From an uncultured Lachnospiraceae bacterium (GTDB lineage Bacteria > Bacillota > Clostridia > Christensenellales > UBA1242), in contig CAYOEW010000001.1 of the NCBI GenBank assembly GCA_964403245.1, positions 1-37,049 on the forward strand: a DNA stretch of 37,049 bases, read 5' to 3'. The notes beneath the pieces are model-generated. The model was not told the origin of the DNA. It worked only from the letters and a program-made list of their open reading frames with translations, and made no database searches. The position numbers and the translations under genes are program-made. Positions 19,179 through 27,663 of this stretch are shown here, piece by piece. Position 1 is the stretch's first letter; each line of letters begins with the position of its first letter.

Positions 19179-19378
19179 GACGATATAATATCAGAAAATA
19201 ATGTAAATTTCAACTCATTTAATAGAAATTCAGTTTTTGTTGTTTTTGTATAAAAATTGACACAACTTTTGACACAGTTTTTTTATCCAAAAACACGATT
19301 TTAAGGAGAAAATCACTGGATTTTGCTGTGTCAAACAAAAAAAACTATACATTCGATAAATCCGAAGATATAGCCACT

Positions 19379-19460
19379 TGGTGCGGATAACAGGAGTTGA
19401 ACCTGCACCCTTTCGGACTGGAACCTAAATCCAGCGTGTCTGCCATTCCACCATATCCGC
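19379..19460 (-). tRNA. tRNA-Leu(TAG)
   Basis: GCGGATATGGTGGAATGGCAGACACG-CTGGA TT TAG GT TCCAG-...GTTCAAC...ATCCGCACCA; variable arm; encoded CCA. Confidence 0.95.
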
Positions 19461-19530
19461 ATGTGAATAATATATCACATCTTCAAGATTTTGGCAAATT
19501 AAAAACAAAAGTGGTCAAGATGACATAATA

Positions 19531-19561
19531 AAAAAAGTTCGGCCGTGGCTGAACTTCTTTT
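19531..19561 (-). terminator. Terminator after the aminopeptidase gene
   Basis: AAGTTCGGC-CGTG-GCTGAACTT flanked by A and T tracts. Confidence 0.7.
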
Positions 19562-19615
19562 GGTGTATTTCAAAAGCAAATGTTTTTTTGAAATTGATTT
19601 TGGGATGAGAAAGTT

Positions 19616-20971
19616 TTAGTTTAACTCATAGAACGCCTTGTAGCATCTGTATGTTTCAAACACGTCAATCTTGCTTACAATCTCCCATGGAGCATGCATG
19701 TTCAAAACCGGAACGCCGGCATCGATGACGTCCATGCCATATTTTGCCATGATGTAGGCAATTGTTCCGCCACCACCTTGGTCAACTTTTCCCATTTCAG
19801 TGGCTTGATATGTCACATCCGCTTTGTCAAGGCAGTCGCGCAGGCGGGCGATAAATTCTGGATTTGCATCGTTTGCACCTGATTTACCGCGACTTCCGGT
19901 GAATTTATTGAAGCTTATTCCTTTTGCAAAGTGTGCATCAGTTGAAACATTGAAAGGTGTGACATAGTTCGGGTCAACTGCTGCTGTGACATCGCTTGAA
20001 AGCATATGTGAGCGATTGAGTGCGCGACGAAGAGAAAGTTCATTATATTGCCCACAAAGGTTCATGATTTCTGCAAGTGCATTTTCAAAATATTTGCTTT
20101 CCATTCCTGTTGCGCCAACACTTCCAATTTCTTCTTTGTCGACAAGGATGTTCATGACGCAATAATCTGGATTTTCGACTTCAAAAATTGCTTGCATCCC
20201 AGTGAAAGCACACACGCGGTCGTCATGTCCGTATCCGATGATCATGCTTCTGTCAAGTCCGCAATCACGAGCATTCCCGGAAGGGACAACTTCAATTTCA
20301 GCACTGAAAAAGTCTTCTTCGCCGATGTTTTTTTCTTTCAAAAGGTTTAAAATCAATGTTTTGAAAGCATCTTTTTCGACACTTGGGTCGGCGACATTGC
20401 CAGCAAGCAGGTTGAGGTCTTCTCCTTTGATTTCTTTCTTAACTTCTTTGTCAAGGTGTGGCAAAAGGTCTGAAATTGCGAGAACAGTGTCATCGCCTTC
20501 GCCGATGACAACATCAACTTTGCTTCCATCCTTTCGACAAATCACACCATGAAGTGCAAGTGGAATTGCTGTCCATTGATATTTTTTTATTCCGCCATAA
20601 TAGTGGGTGTCAAGCATGCAAAACCCTTGGCTTTCATAGAGCGGTTTTGCTTTCAAGTCAAGGCGTGGGGCGTCAACGTGAGCACCAACAATGTTGATTC
20701 CTTCTTCAATAGGTTTTTTTCCAACAACAAACAAAACAAGTGCCTTGTCCATGTTGATTGCAAAAACTTTGTCGCCGGCAGAAAGTTTTCCGTTTGTTTT
20801 GATGAGTTCGTCCAAAGATTTGAAACCATGTTTTTTTGCCTGCTCAACAGCATATCTGATGCATTCACGCTCGGTTTTGCAACTACTCAAAAATTGTTTG
20901 TATAAATCGCAAAATTCTTCAACTTTTTTTCGATTTTTTTCATCATATTTTTCCCAAAGATTTGTTTTCAT
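19616..20971 (-). CDS. M18-family (aspartyl) aminopeptidase
   Basis: KTERE, GAHVDAPRLDLK, YYGGIKKYQW, HDDR, DKEEIGS, GGGGTI, MHAPWE. Confidence 0.92.
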   Translation of the reverse strand: MKTNLWEKYDEKNRKKVEEFCDLYKQFLSSCKTERECIRYAVEQAKKHGFKSLDELIKTNGKLSAGDKVFAINMDKALVLFVVGKKPIEEGINIVGAHVDAPRLDLKAKPLYESQGFCMLDTHYYGGIKKYQWTAIPLALHGVICRKDGSKVDVVIGEGDDTVLAISDLLPHLDKEVKKEIKGEDLNLLAGNVADPSVEKDAFKTLILNLLKEKNIGEEDFFSAEIEVVPSGNARDCGLDRSMIIGYGHDDRVCAFTGMQAIFEVENPDYCVMNILVDKEEIGSVGATGMESKYFENALAEIMNLCGQYNELSLRRALNRSHMLSSDVTAAVDPNYVTPFNVSTDAHFAKGISFNKFTGSRGKSGANDANPEFIARLRDCLDKADVTYQATEMGKVDQGGGGTIAYIMAKYGMDVIDAGVPVLNMHAPWEIVSKIDVFETYRCYKAFYELN

Positions 20972-21107
20972 GTTTTTCTCCTTTTCTGAAATTATATCAC
21001 ATAATAATGTTTAAAAAAACAAAAAATCACCGAAAATAGATGATTTTTTTGTTAAAAAACTAAAAAATGAGCGCCAAGGCGTGATGTTTTGCAAATGAGT
21101 TGACAAA

Positions 21108-21695
21108 CTAAACCAAATTTACATTGACATCTTTGTCCCAGTAAGTGTTTTTCATATATAAAAGAAATTTGATTTTGTCATCATCGACAAGTCGGAAGTC
21201 ATGCAAGTCATAGAAAACATTAAACCCAAAACTTTTGTAATAGCCAATTGCTTTGTGTGAATGCCCAAACAGAGTGAGCATTGATTTGCTGTGATTTTTT
21301 GGTTTGTGAGTCAAAAAGAACTCCTGTCCGCAAGCCGTCACAACACAATCTTTGCAAACTTCTTTTATGCCGTTGTTTTTGCAGTATTCTCTGAATTTTT
21401 CAAAATCGTTGTCAAAATGTATTTTGATGATTCTTTCTTCATTATTTCCAATGATTAAAACGATTTCAGCCTTTATTTTTTTGATTATCTTAAAATTTTT
21501 CGTCCAATCATAATCTGGTTGGTTGTGATAGTCAAACAAATCTCCAACGACATAGATTGTGTCGGATTTTTTCGCCTGTTTGTTCCAGTTTTTGATGATG
21601 TGTTTTTCAAAAGATTTTGAGTCTTTGAATGGGCGACAATACGAAGTTGTCATATCTCTGTTTCCCAAATGTAGGTCGCTTGTGAAGAAAATCAT
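21108..21695 (-). CDS. Calcineurin-like metallophosphoesterase
   Basis: SDLHLG, VGDLF, GNNE, THKP, FGHSH motifs. Confidence 0.85.
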   Translation of the reverse strand: MIFFTSDLHLGNRDMTTSYCRPFKDSKSFEKHIIKNWNKQAKKSDTIYVVGDLFDYHNQPDYDWTKNFKIIKKIKAEIVLIIGNNEERIIKIHFDNDFEKFREYCKNNGIKEVCKDCVVTACGQEFFLTHKPKNHSKSMLTLFGHSHKAIGYYKSFGFNVFYDLHDFRLVDDDKIKFLLYMKNTYWDKDVNVNLV

Positions 21696-21859
21696 TTGTA
21701 TTCTCCTTTTTTTTGATGTGGGAATTTTTTTTAGTCCAGCATCATTTTTGGTTTTTACCTATCACAATGGTAACAAAAATTTTGGTGATAAGTCAAATGA
21801 TATGGATTGGGAATTTGAGCATCAACAACAATTGCCAAACGGGATTTTCTTGAAAACTG

Positions 21860-21888
21860 TTGACACAAAACAAATTGTATGTTATAAT
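21860..21888 (+). promoter_or_regulatory. Consensus sigmaA promoter of the asnA leader
   Basis: TTGACA(21860-65)-N17-TATAAT(21883-88) with extended -10 TG. Confidence 0.9.
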
Positions 21889-21916
21889 TCAAACATCTTA
21901 CTGAAAGGAGAAAAAC

Positions 21917-21997
21917 ATGTTCAGACTTGCGAATAACAACAATAATAACTTGAACGCATTCAATATGGGTTTCATTTTTGTTGTTGAAAAAATCTGA
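21917..21997 (+). CDS. Asn-rich leader peptide 1 (26 aa) of asnA
   Basis: RBS AAAGGAG; MFRLANNNNNNLNAFNMGFIFVVEKI*; 8 Asn, 6 consecutive with mixed AAT/AAC codons. Confidence 0.85.
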   Translation: MFRLANNNNNNLNAFNMGFIFVVEKI

Positions 21998-22017
21998 ACA
22001 GAACAAACAGTTTACTC

Positions 22018-22054
22018 AACACTCTCTTGAAACTCAAGAGAGTGTTTTTTATTT
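22018..22054 (+). terminator. Attenuator terminator T1
   Basis: AACACTCTCTTGA-AAC-TCAAGAGAGTGTT followed by TTTTATTT. Confidence 0.85.
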
Positions 22055-22077
22055 GATTATTGTTAAAAAAATCAAAT

Positions 22078-22112
22078 TGGCGCACTCTCTCAAAGGTGTG
22101 CTGTTTTTATTT
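22078..22112 (+). terminator. Second leader terminator T2
   Basis: GGCGCAC(22079-85)/GTGTGCT(22096-102) stem with two G-U pairs, then TTTTTATTT. Confidence 0.55.
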
Positions 22113-22169
22113 ACTGCTGGTAACTCTTGAAGAGATTACATAGAAAATTTTAAGAAAAGGAGAAAGATT

Positions 22170-22241
22170 ATGAAAAAGGCAAACGCCGTAGCGGGCGACA
22201 ATAATGATTATGACAACGATTTAAGGAGAATTTTGAAGTAA
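22170..22241 (+). CDS. Asn/Asp-rich leader peptide 2 (23 aa) of asnA
   Basis: RBS AAAGGAG; MKKANAVAGDNNDYDNDLRRILK*. Confidence 0.7.
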   Translation: MKKANAVAGDNNDYDNDLRRILK

Positions 22242-22312
22242 ATTTTTTGCTCCTTAAAATTATTAACATCCAAAAAATTTACAAAAATAATAACTTTAAG
22301 GAGAAAAAAATG
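22220..22312 (+). promoter_or_regulatory. Anti-SD/SD translational switch over the asnA start
   Basis: CTCCTTAAA(22250-58) is complementary to both TTTAAGGAG(22220-28) and the asnA SD TTTAAGGAG(22295-303). Confidence 0.7.
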
Positions 22313-23305
22313 AAATTAATTAGAGAAAAATATGCACATTTAAGTGTGATGGAAAAACAAAAATATATAAAACTTATAAAAGATATGTTTGAAAGGAAAC
22401 TTGCAAAGGAATTGGATTTAACAAGAGTGTCAGCGCCACTGCTTGTTACCAAAGAAAGTGGTTTGCAAGATGATTTAAGTGGCGTTGAGAGAAAAGTGTC
22501 ATTTGACATTTTGAAAGATGGAAAAGAATTGGAAATCGTGCAATCGCTTGCAAAATGGAAACGTATGGCGCTTAAAAAATATCAGTTTCCAATTTACAAA
22601 GGTTTGTATACTGACATGACAGCGATTCGCCGTGACGACAAAATGGATGAAACTCATTCAATTTATGTCGACCAATGGGATTGGGAAAAAGTGATTGACA
22701 GAAAAGACAGGAGTGTTGAGTTTTTAAAGAAAACAGTTGAAAAAATTGTAAAATCAATTGTTGATACTGGCAAATTTTTGAAGCAAAAAGGCTTTGATGG
22801 TGTTGAAATATGTAAGGACGTGCATTTTGTCACCAGCCAAGAACTTTTGGATTTATATCCAGACAAAACCGACAAAGAAAGAGAATATTTTATCACAAAA
22901 CAATACAAAACGGTGTTTATAATTGGGATTGGAGGTGATTTAAGTGACGGGAAGCCACATGATTTGAGAGCGCCAGACTATGACGATTGGAGTTTGGACG
23001 GAGATTTACTTTTTTATCATGAAGTGCTGGACATGGCTCTTGAAATCTCAAGCATGGGGATCAGGGTTGACAAAGATACTCTGATTAAACAACTTGAAAA
23101 ATCAGGAAAGCAGGAGAGATTGGAATATGCATATCACCAACAAATTATGAAAGAAGAATTGCCACTTACAATTGGTGGTGGAATTGGTCAAAGCAGATTG
23201 TGTATGCTGTTGCTCGGGCGCGCGCATATTGGCGAAGTTCAAGCAAGCTATTGGGACAAAGAAACTTTGGAACAATGTAAAAAATTGGGAATTGAGTTAT
23301 TATAA
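22310..23305 (+). CDS. asnA: Aspartate--ammonia ligase (asparagine synthetase A)
   Basis: QDDLSGVER, SLAKWKR, HSIYVDQWDWE, RAPDYDDW, SMGIRVD, TIGGGIGQSR; start ATG 22310 after SD. Confidence 0.97.
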   Translation: MKLIREKYAHLSVMEKQKYIKLIKDMFERKLAKELDLTRVSAPLLVTKESGLQDDLSGVERKVSFDILKDGKELEIVQSLAKWKRMALKKYQFPIYKGLYTDMTAIRRDDKMDETHSIYVDQWDWEKVIDRKDRSVEFLKKTVEKIVKSIVDTGKFLKQKGFDGVEICKDVHFVTSQELLDLYPDKTDKEREYFITKQYKTVFIIGIGGDLSDGKPHDLRAPDYDDWSLDGDLLFYHEVLDMALEISSMGIRVDKDTLIKQLEKSGKQERLEYAYHQQIMKEELPLTIGGGIGQSRLCMLLLGRAHIGEVQASYWDKETLEQCKKLGIELL

Positions 23306-23315
23306 GGAGTGAAAT

Positions 23316-23855
23316 ATGAAAAAACAAACAATTAAAATTGAAACAGAAAGGTGTATTTTGAGAAAGTTTGAATTGAAAGATGCACGTGATATGTTTGAAA
23401 GTTATTGCAAAAAAGATGTGGTAACAAAATATTTAAGATGGATGCCACATAGGTCCGTTGAGGATACAATCAAATATTTGACAGATGTCGTTTTGCCTAA
23501 ATATGAACAAGAATATACATATTGCTGGGCAATTGAACTTAAAGAAACTGGGACTGTCGTCGGGTGTATTGACATTGGGTCGAAAGATTTATCGCGAAAA
23601 AGATGCACAGTTGGTTGGGTTTTGAGTGATGATTATTGGGGTAAAGGCATCATGACCGAAGTGGCTCGAAAGGTTGTGGATTATATGTTTAAAGAGGGCT
23701 TTGTTCGAATTCAATCTCATCACCAAATTGAAAACATCGCTTCGGGAAAAGTCATGCAAAAAATTGGCATGACGTATGAAGGAAGATTAAAGAAATATGA
23801 TGTTGACAGATATGGGAAAATTGTTGATTGTGAAATTTACGCAATTGTCAAATAA
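23316..23855 (+). CDS. GNAT acetyltransferase, RimJ/RimL type
   Basis: ETERCILR, YWGKGIMTE, NIASGKVMQKIGMTYEG; 10 nt after the asnA stop. Confidence 0.9.
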   Translation: MKKQTIKIETERCILRKFELKDARDMFESYCKKDVVTKYLRWMPHRSVEDTIKYLTDVVLPKYEQEYTYCWAIELKETGTVVGCIDIGSKDLSRKRCTVGWVLSDDYWGKGIMTEVARKVVDYMFKEGFVRIQSHHQIENIASGKVMQKIGMTYEGRLKKYDVDRYGKIVDCEIYAIVK

Positions 23856-23889
23856 AAAAAGACTAAATCGATTTCGATTTAGTTTTTTT
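23855..23889 (+). terminator. Terminator of the asnA-GNAT operon
   Basis: GACTAAATCG-ATTT-CGATTTAGTT plus T tract. Confidence 0.8.
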
Positions 23890-24124
23890 ATGTCGCTATC
23901 ATCAAAAGTTTTTTTGATTTTGCGACTGATTTTGATAAACAAGTGAGCGAATATGCTTATGCTTGCATAATTGAATTTATGAGCGAACGCAGTACTTAAA
24001 AAAATCAGTAAACTAACTTTCTTACTGGTGGTTTACTGATAAACATATTGCGAAATAACATGCGACGTCGTAAGTTTTTGTTGTAAAGTATTGACTTTTG
24101 ATTTTATATAATATATAATTTTAA

Positions 24125-24213
24125 GGACAAGTGAAAACTTGGTATATAGGTATGTTTATGACATACACCGGCCAATGGAATTTGGCAAGGTAGGATTCTT
24201 TCCTACCTTTTTT
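24125..24213 (+). ncRNA. Candidate small structured RNA with its own promoter and terminator
   Basis: TTGACT(24091)-N17-TATAAT(24114); four consecutive hairpins ending in AAGGTAGGA/TCCTACCTT plus T tract; no credible ORF with a properly spaced RBS. Confidence 0.55.
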
Positions 24214-24358
24214 ATATCTATTACGAAACTTCTCTTGTTTTTTTACGGTTTTCACTTGAAAAACGTGTTTGGTTCAAAACTCTATCACAAATGTCTTTTT
24301 TATGGGTATTGACAAATGGTGGATTTGATGTTAGAATGGTTGAGGATTTGGAGGAGAA

Positions 24359-25705
24359 ATGGAAAAGACATCAGTTAAACATGATTTTGAAATTATTAAA
24401 GAAAGCAGTGGGGACTTTGTTGATTTAAACAAACCATTGGATGAAATCAGACAGGATATTTTTTTGTTGATCGAAAAAGGTTTTGTTAAGAGCGTGACTG
24501 ATTTGAAAGGAGTTGCGCTCAAATCATATGTCAAAAGTGAACTTGTAACGCCTTCTGGTACGTCAGATATGATCATTGAAGCCGCTCGAAAAAAATATGG
24601 TTCGGACAGTTTGACAAAGTTGTTTATTGACACTTATCTTGTTGATGAAACAAACAAGGAAAAATATGATGGACTTTCGTATTTGGAAAAGTTTTTTTCC
24701 TTTTACATCGATGAACTTGACCGTATGATGGGTGATTTTGCATATTCAGATTTCATTAAAAAATGCGATGGAAACAATAGGAAAAAATTGGTTAAAATTT
24801 TAAATAAAAACGGTTACACCATCCATAATTCTTCGTTTTTGATAAGAGAAAATGGACAGAGAAGACCTGCTTATGTTGATTCAATATATCAGAAATCTCT
24901 TTTGAGAGCGTATCAACATGCATTAAGTGAATTTTCTGGATTGTCAGTTTCAACTCCACATCAAATTTCAAAACTTGAAGAAATTTGCAAACCTTATCAA
25001 CTTGTGATTGACAATATCACAAAAAGATTGTCTTCAAAATCAATGCAATCGTTTTATTTTGAAGAAGGGAAAGTTGTCTATGACAAAATGTTGACATGGA
25101 AAGAAAACGCCTTAAAAAACAACAAAGACACTTTATATCGAAGTGTGATTGATGCAATTCGAAACGTGAAACATGAAGAAAAAGAAAGCGATGCCAAGAT
25201 TGTGAAAGAAGTTCTTGACAGAATGAAAAAAGCAGTTTATTACATGAATATCAAAGACGAAAATGGTGCCACTTATCCACTTAACCTTCTCAAATTCTTG
25301 CCTTTCACTCCAAGACAATCCTTGATGATCGCAAGACAAATTGCGGGATGTCCGTTTCTTTCTTCAGAAGAAAAGAAAATTGTTGAGAAGATGAGAGTTG
25401 CAATTTCAAGCACAAAACAATTTGACTTGAAAAAGACTGTTGAATATGGCTCGGACAAAACGGAGCAAGTGCTCAATGGTTTGAGAATGAAGTATAAATT
25501 CGTTGATGGACGAAATGTTGACCTTGTTGACCCTGAAAGATATACACAGTTTTGTGAAGATGTTGATGAATATATCCAAAAGAACGAACTTCCAACATCT
25601 GCAGATTGTGTTTACCTGATTGGAAAAGAAATTTTGCGTGGAAGAGAACCAATTTATATTCCAAAGACAAAAGAAGATTCAAAAGAAACAGAATTGGGAA
25701 AATAA
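24359..25705 (+). CDS. Hypothetical protein (orphan-like)
   Basis: 448 aa; TTGACA(24309)-N17-TAGAAT promoter and RBS GGAGGAG; no motif recognised. Confidence 0.8.
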   Translation: MEKTSVKHDFEIIKESSGDFVDLNKPLDEIRQDIFLLIEKGFVKSVTDLKGVALKSYVKSELVTPSGTSDMIIEAARKKYGSDSLTKLFIDTYLVDETNKEKYDGLSYLEKFFSFYIDELDRMMGDFAYSDFIKKCDGNNRKKLVKILNKNGYTIHNSSFLIRENGQRRPAYVDSIYQKSLLRAYQHALSEFSGLSVSTPHQISKLEEICKPYQLVIDNITKRLSSKSMQSFYFEEGKVVYDKMLTWKENALKNNKDTLYRSVIDAIRNVKHEEKESDAKIVKEVLDRMKKAVYYMNIKDENGATYPLNLLKFLPFTPRQSLMIARQIAGCPFLSSEEKKIVEKMRVAISSTKQFDLKKTVEYGSDKTEQVLNGLRMKYKFVDGRNVDLVDPERYTQFCEDVDEYIQKNELPTSADCVYLIGKEILRGREPIYIPKTKEDSKETELGK

Positions 25706-25884
25706 TTTTGAAAGAGAGCGTTAATTTGCTCTTTTTTCTTTTTAAAAATGGCGAAAATGAGAGATTATTGACAAATTGCATTAAAGTTAGTCATCTTTTT
25801 ATAATTATTTTTACAAAAATCAAGGAAAAACCTTTTTTTTGTGGTATAATGCTTTTGTTAAGTAAAATTTTTTGGGGAGTTTAA

Positions 25885-27663
25885 ATGCAAAGTCGAGGTT
25901 TTCCAGTTGAGTGGATGAGTGAACTTAAACGTAAAAACGATTTGGTCACTGTCGCTTCAAACTATCTTAAATTGGAACAAAAAGGAAGCAGATTTTGGGC
26001 TTGTTGTCCTTTTCATAACGAAAAAACACCTTCTTTTTCAATTTCAGATGAAGGATTTTATCATTGTTTCGGTTGTAAAGAATCGGGCGATGTAATCAAA
26101 TTTGTTCAAAAAATGGAAAATGTTGACTTTTTGGATGCGGTCAGAATTTTGGCTGAAAAAGTTGGGATGCAAGTTCCAGAATTTCAATCTTCGGACAAGC
26201 GTCAAGAAAGCCAAAAGCAAAAAGAGAGACTTTTGAGCGCACTTGACTATGCATACAAGCACTACATCGAAAATTTGTATAACAAGGACGCAAAGGTTGC
26301 GCAGGACTATATCAAACAACGCCGTTTCACTCGAAGAGAACTTGAAGATTTCAAGATTGGATATTCCAAAAACTGGACAGACATTGTGCAATATTTGAAA
26401 AGCAAAGGCTTTACTGAAAAGGAAATGCTTGATGCGGGAATTTGCCAAAAGAAGAATGGCGGTGACAGCATCATTGATGCATATGGCGGAAGATTGATTT
26501 TCCCGATTTTTAACAGTTTCAACGAATGTGTCGGGTTCAGTGGAAGAACACTTGAAAAAAATCCTGAATTTGCGAAATATAAAAACACGGCGGAAACACC
26601 TGTGTTCCAAAAAAGACGCATTGTGTTTGGCATAAACATTCTCAAATCACAAAAACAACAACAACTTGTTGACAAAGTCATTCTTGTTGAAGGGCAAATG
26701 GACGTGATTGCAATGCATAAAGCAGGTTTCAAAAGCACTGTTGCTTGCATGGGGACGGCACTGACAAATGAGCATGTTCGGGAGTTGAAGAGATATTCAA
26801 ACAACATCTATCTTTGCTTTGACGGGGATGGAGCAGGAACAAAAGCAACAATTCATGGAATTGAAATGTTCAGAAATGAAGATGTAAATTTGAAAATCAT
26901 CCGTCTGACAGGCGGGAAAGACCCAGATGAAATTTTGAACAACTATGGTCGAGAGAAATTGCAAGAGTGCATTGACAACGCAATGCCATACATGGAATTT
27001 TTGATTGAATATCACAAATCAAGGCATAATCTTGATGACCCAGAAGACAAAGGGCGTTTTGTCAAAGATATCTTGGCAGAAATCAAAAAGTTGGGAAGCG
27101 AAACACTTTTTGAACCATATTTGGAAAAGATAAGAGATCTTACAAAAATCCCAATTGATGTTTTGAGAAGGGATATCAACATTCAATCAGAAAATCCAAA
27201 AACTGTTCAACAAGAAATTCCGGTGAAGAAGGTTGAGAAAAGTGATGATGTTGCGGTCAAATTCATCTTGGCATCAATTTTGGGAAAGAAAGATGTTGTG
27301 GATGAAAGAATTGACTATCGCAAATTGCTTGAAGGATATGAATATTATCTTGACATCATCGAGCAAAGCGGTTTCAAAATGGCGATATATGATATTGAAG
27401 GCGCTGATGAAGACGAGTTTTTGAACGATATTGTGAATTTTAATTTTCATCCATATGAAAACGACATGGAAAGATATTTCAAAGAATGTCTTTGGAAGAT
27501 TGCTGAAAAAGTCTTGAAAAAGATGCAAGCAAAACTTAATGAAGAATACAAAAATTGTGAAGATTTGGTTAAGCGTAGTGAAATTGCCAGAAAAATGGGC
27601 AAAATTGTTATGCAACTGAAAAGCAAAAGTTTGGAGGAATTTAATGTCAGAAGAAAAAATTGA
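25885..27663 (+). CDS. dnaG: DNA primase
   Basis: [11 protein letters not shown]...CFGC zinc-binding domain, [25 protein letters not shown]. Confidence 0.97.
   Translation: MQSRGFPVEWMSELKRKNDLVTVASNYLKLEQKGSRFWACCPFHNEKTPSFSISDEGFYHCFGCKESGDVIKFVQKMENVDFLDAVRILAEKVGMQVPEFQSSDKRQESQKQKERLLSALDYAYKHYIENLYNKDAKVAQDYIKQRRFTRRELEDFKIGYSKNWTDIVQYLKSKGFTEKEMLDAGICQKKNGGDSIIDAYGGRLIFPIFNSFNECVGFSGRTLEKNPEFAKYKNTAETPVFQKRRIVFGINILKSQKQQQLVDKVILVEGQMDVIAMHKAGFKSTVACMGTALTNEHVRELKRYSNNIYLCFDGDGAGTKATIHGIEMFRNEDVNLKIIRLTGGKDPDEILNNYGREKLQECIDNAMPYMEFLIEYHKSRHNLDDPEDKGRFVKDILAEIKKLGSETLFEPYLEKIRDLTKIPIDVLRRDINIQSENPKTVQQEIPVKKVEKSDDVAVKFILASILGKKDVVDERIDYRKLLEGYEYYLDIIEQSGFKMAIYDIEGADEDEFLNDIVNFNFHPYENDMERYFKECLWKIAEKVLKKMQAKLNEEYKNCEDLVKRSEIARKMGKIVMQLKSKSLEEFNVRRKN

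Noticed and set aside
21932-21949. AAT/AAC run as a mere microsatellite
   Set aside because: Mixed synonymous Asn codons, in frame with an SD-led ATG and upstream of an Asn synthetase
22247-22309. ORF-track N-terminal extension of asnA
   Set aside because: The SD and AsnA-like sequence fit ATG 22310; the extension is the regulatory RNA
21890-22310. T-box riboswitch upstream of asnA
   Set aside because: No T-box consensus (AGGTGGNACCGCG-like) or Stem I motifs seen; the leader ORFs and helices explain the region better
24125-24213. tracrRNA or CRISPR-related RNA
   Set aside because: No cas gene, array or anti-repeat in the window
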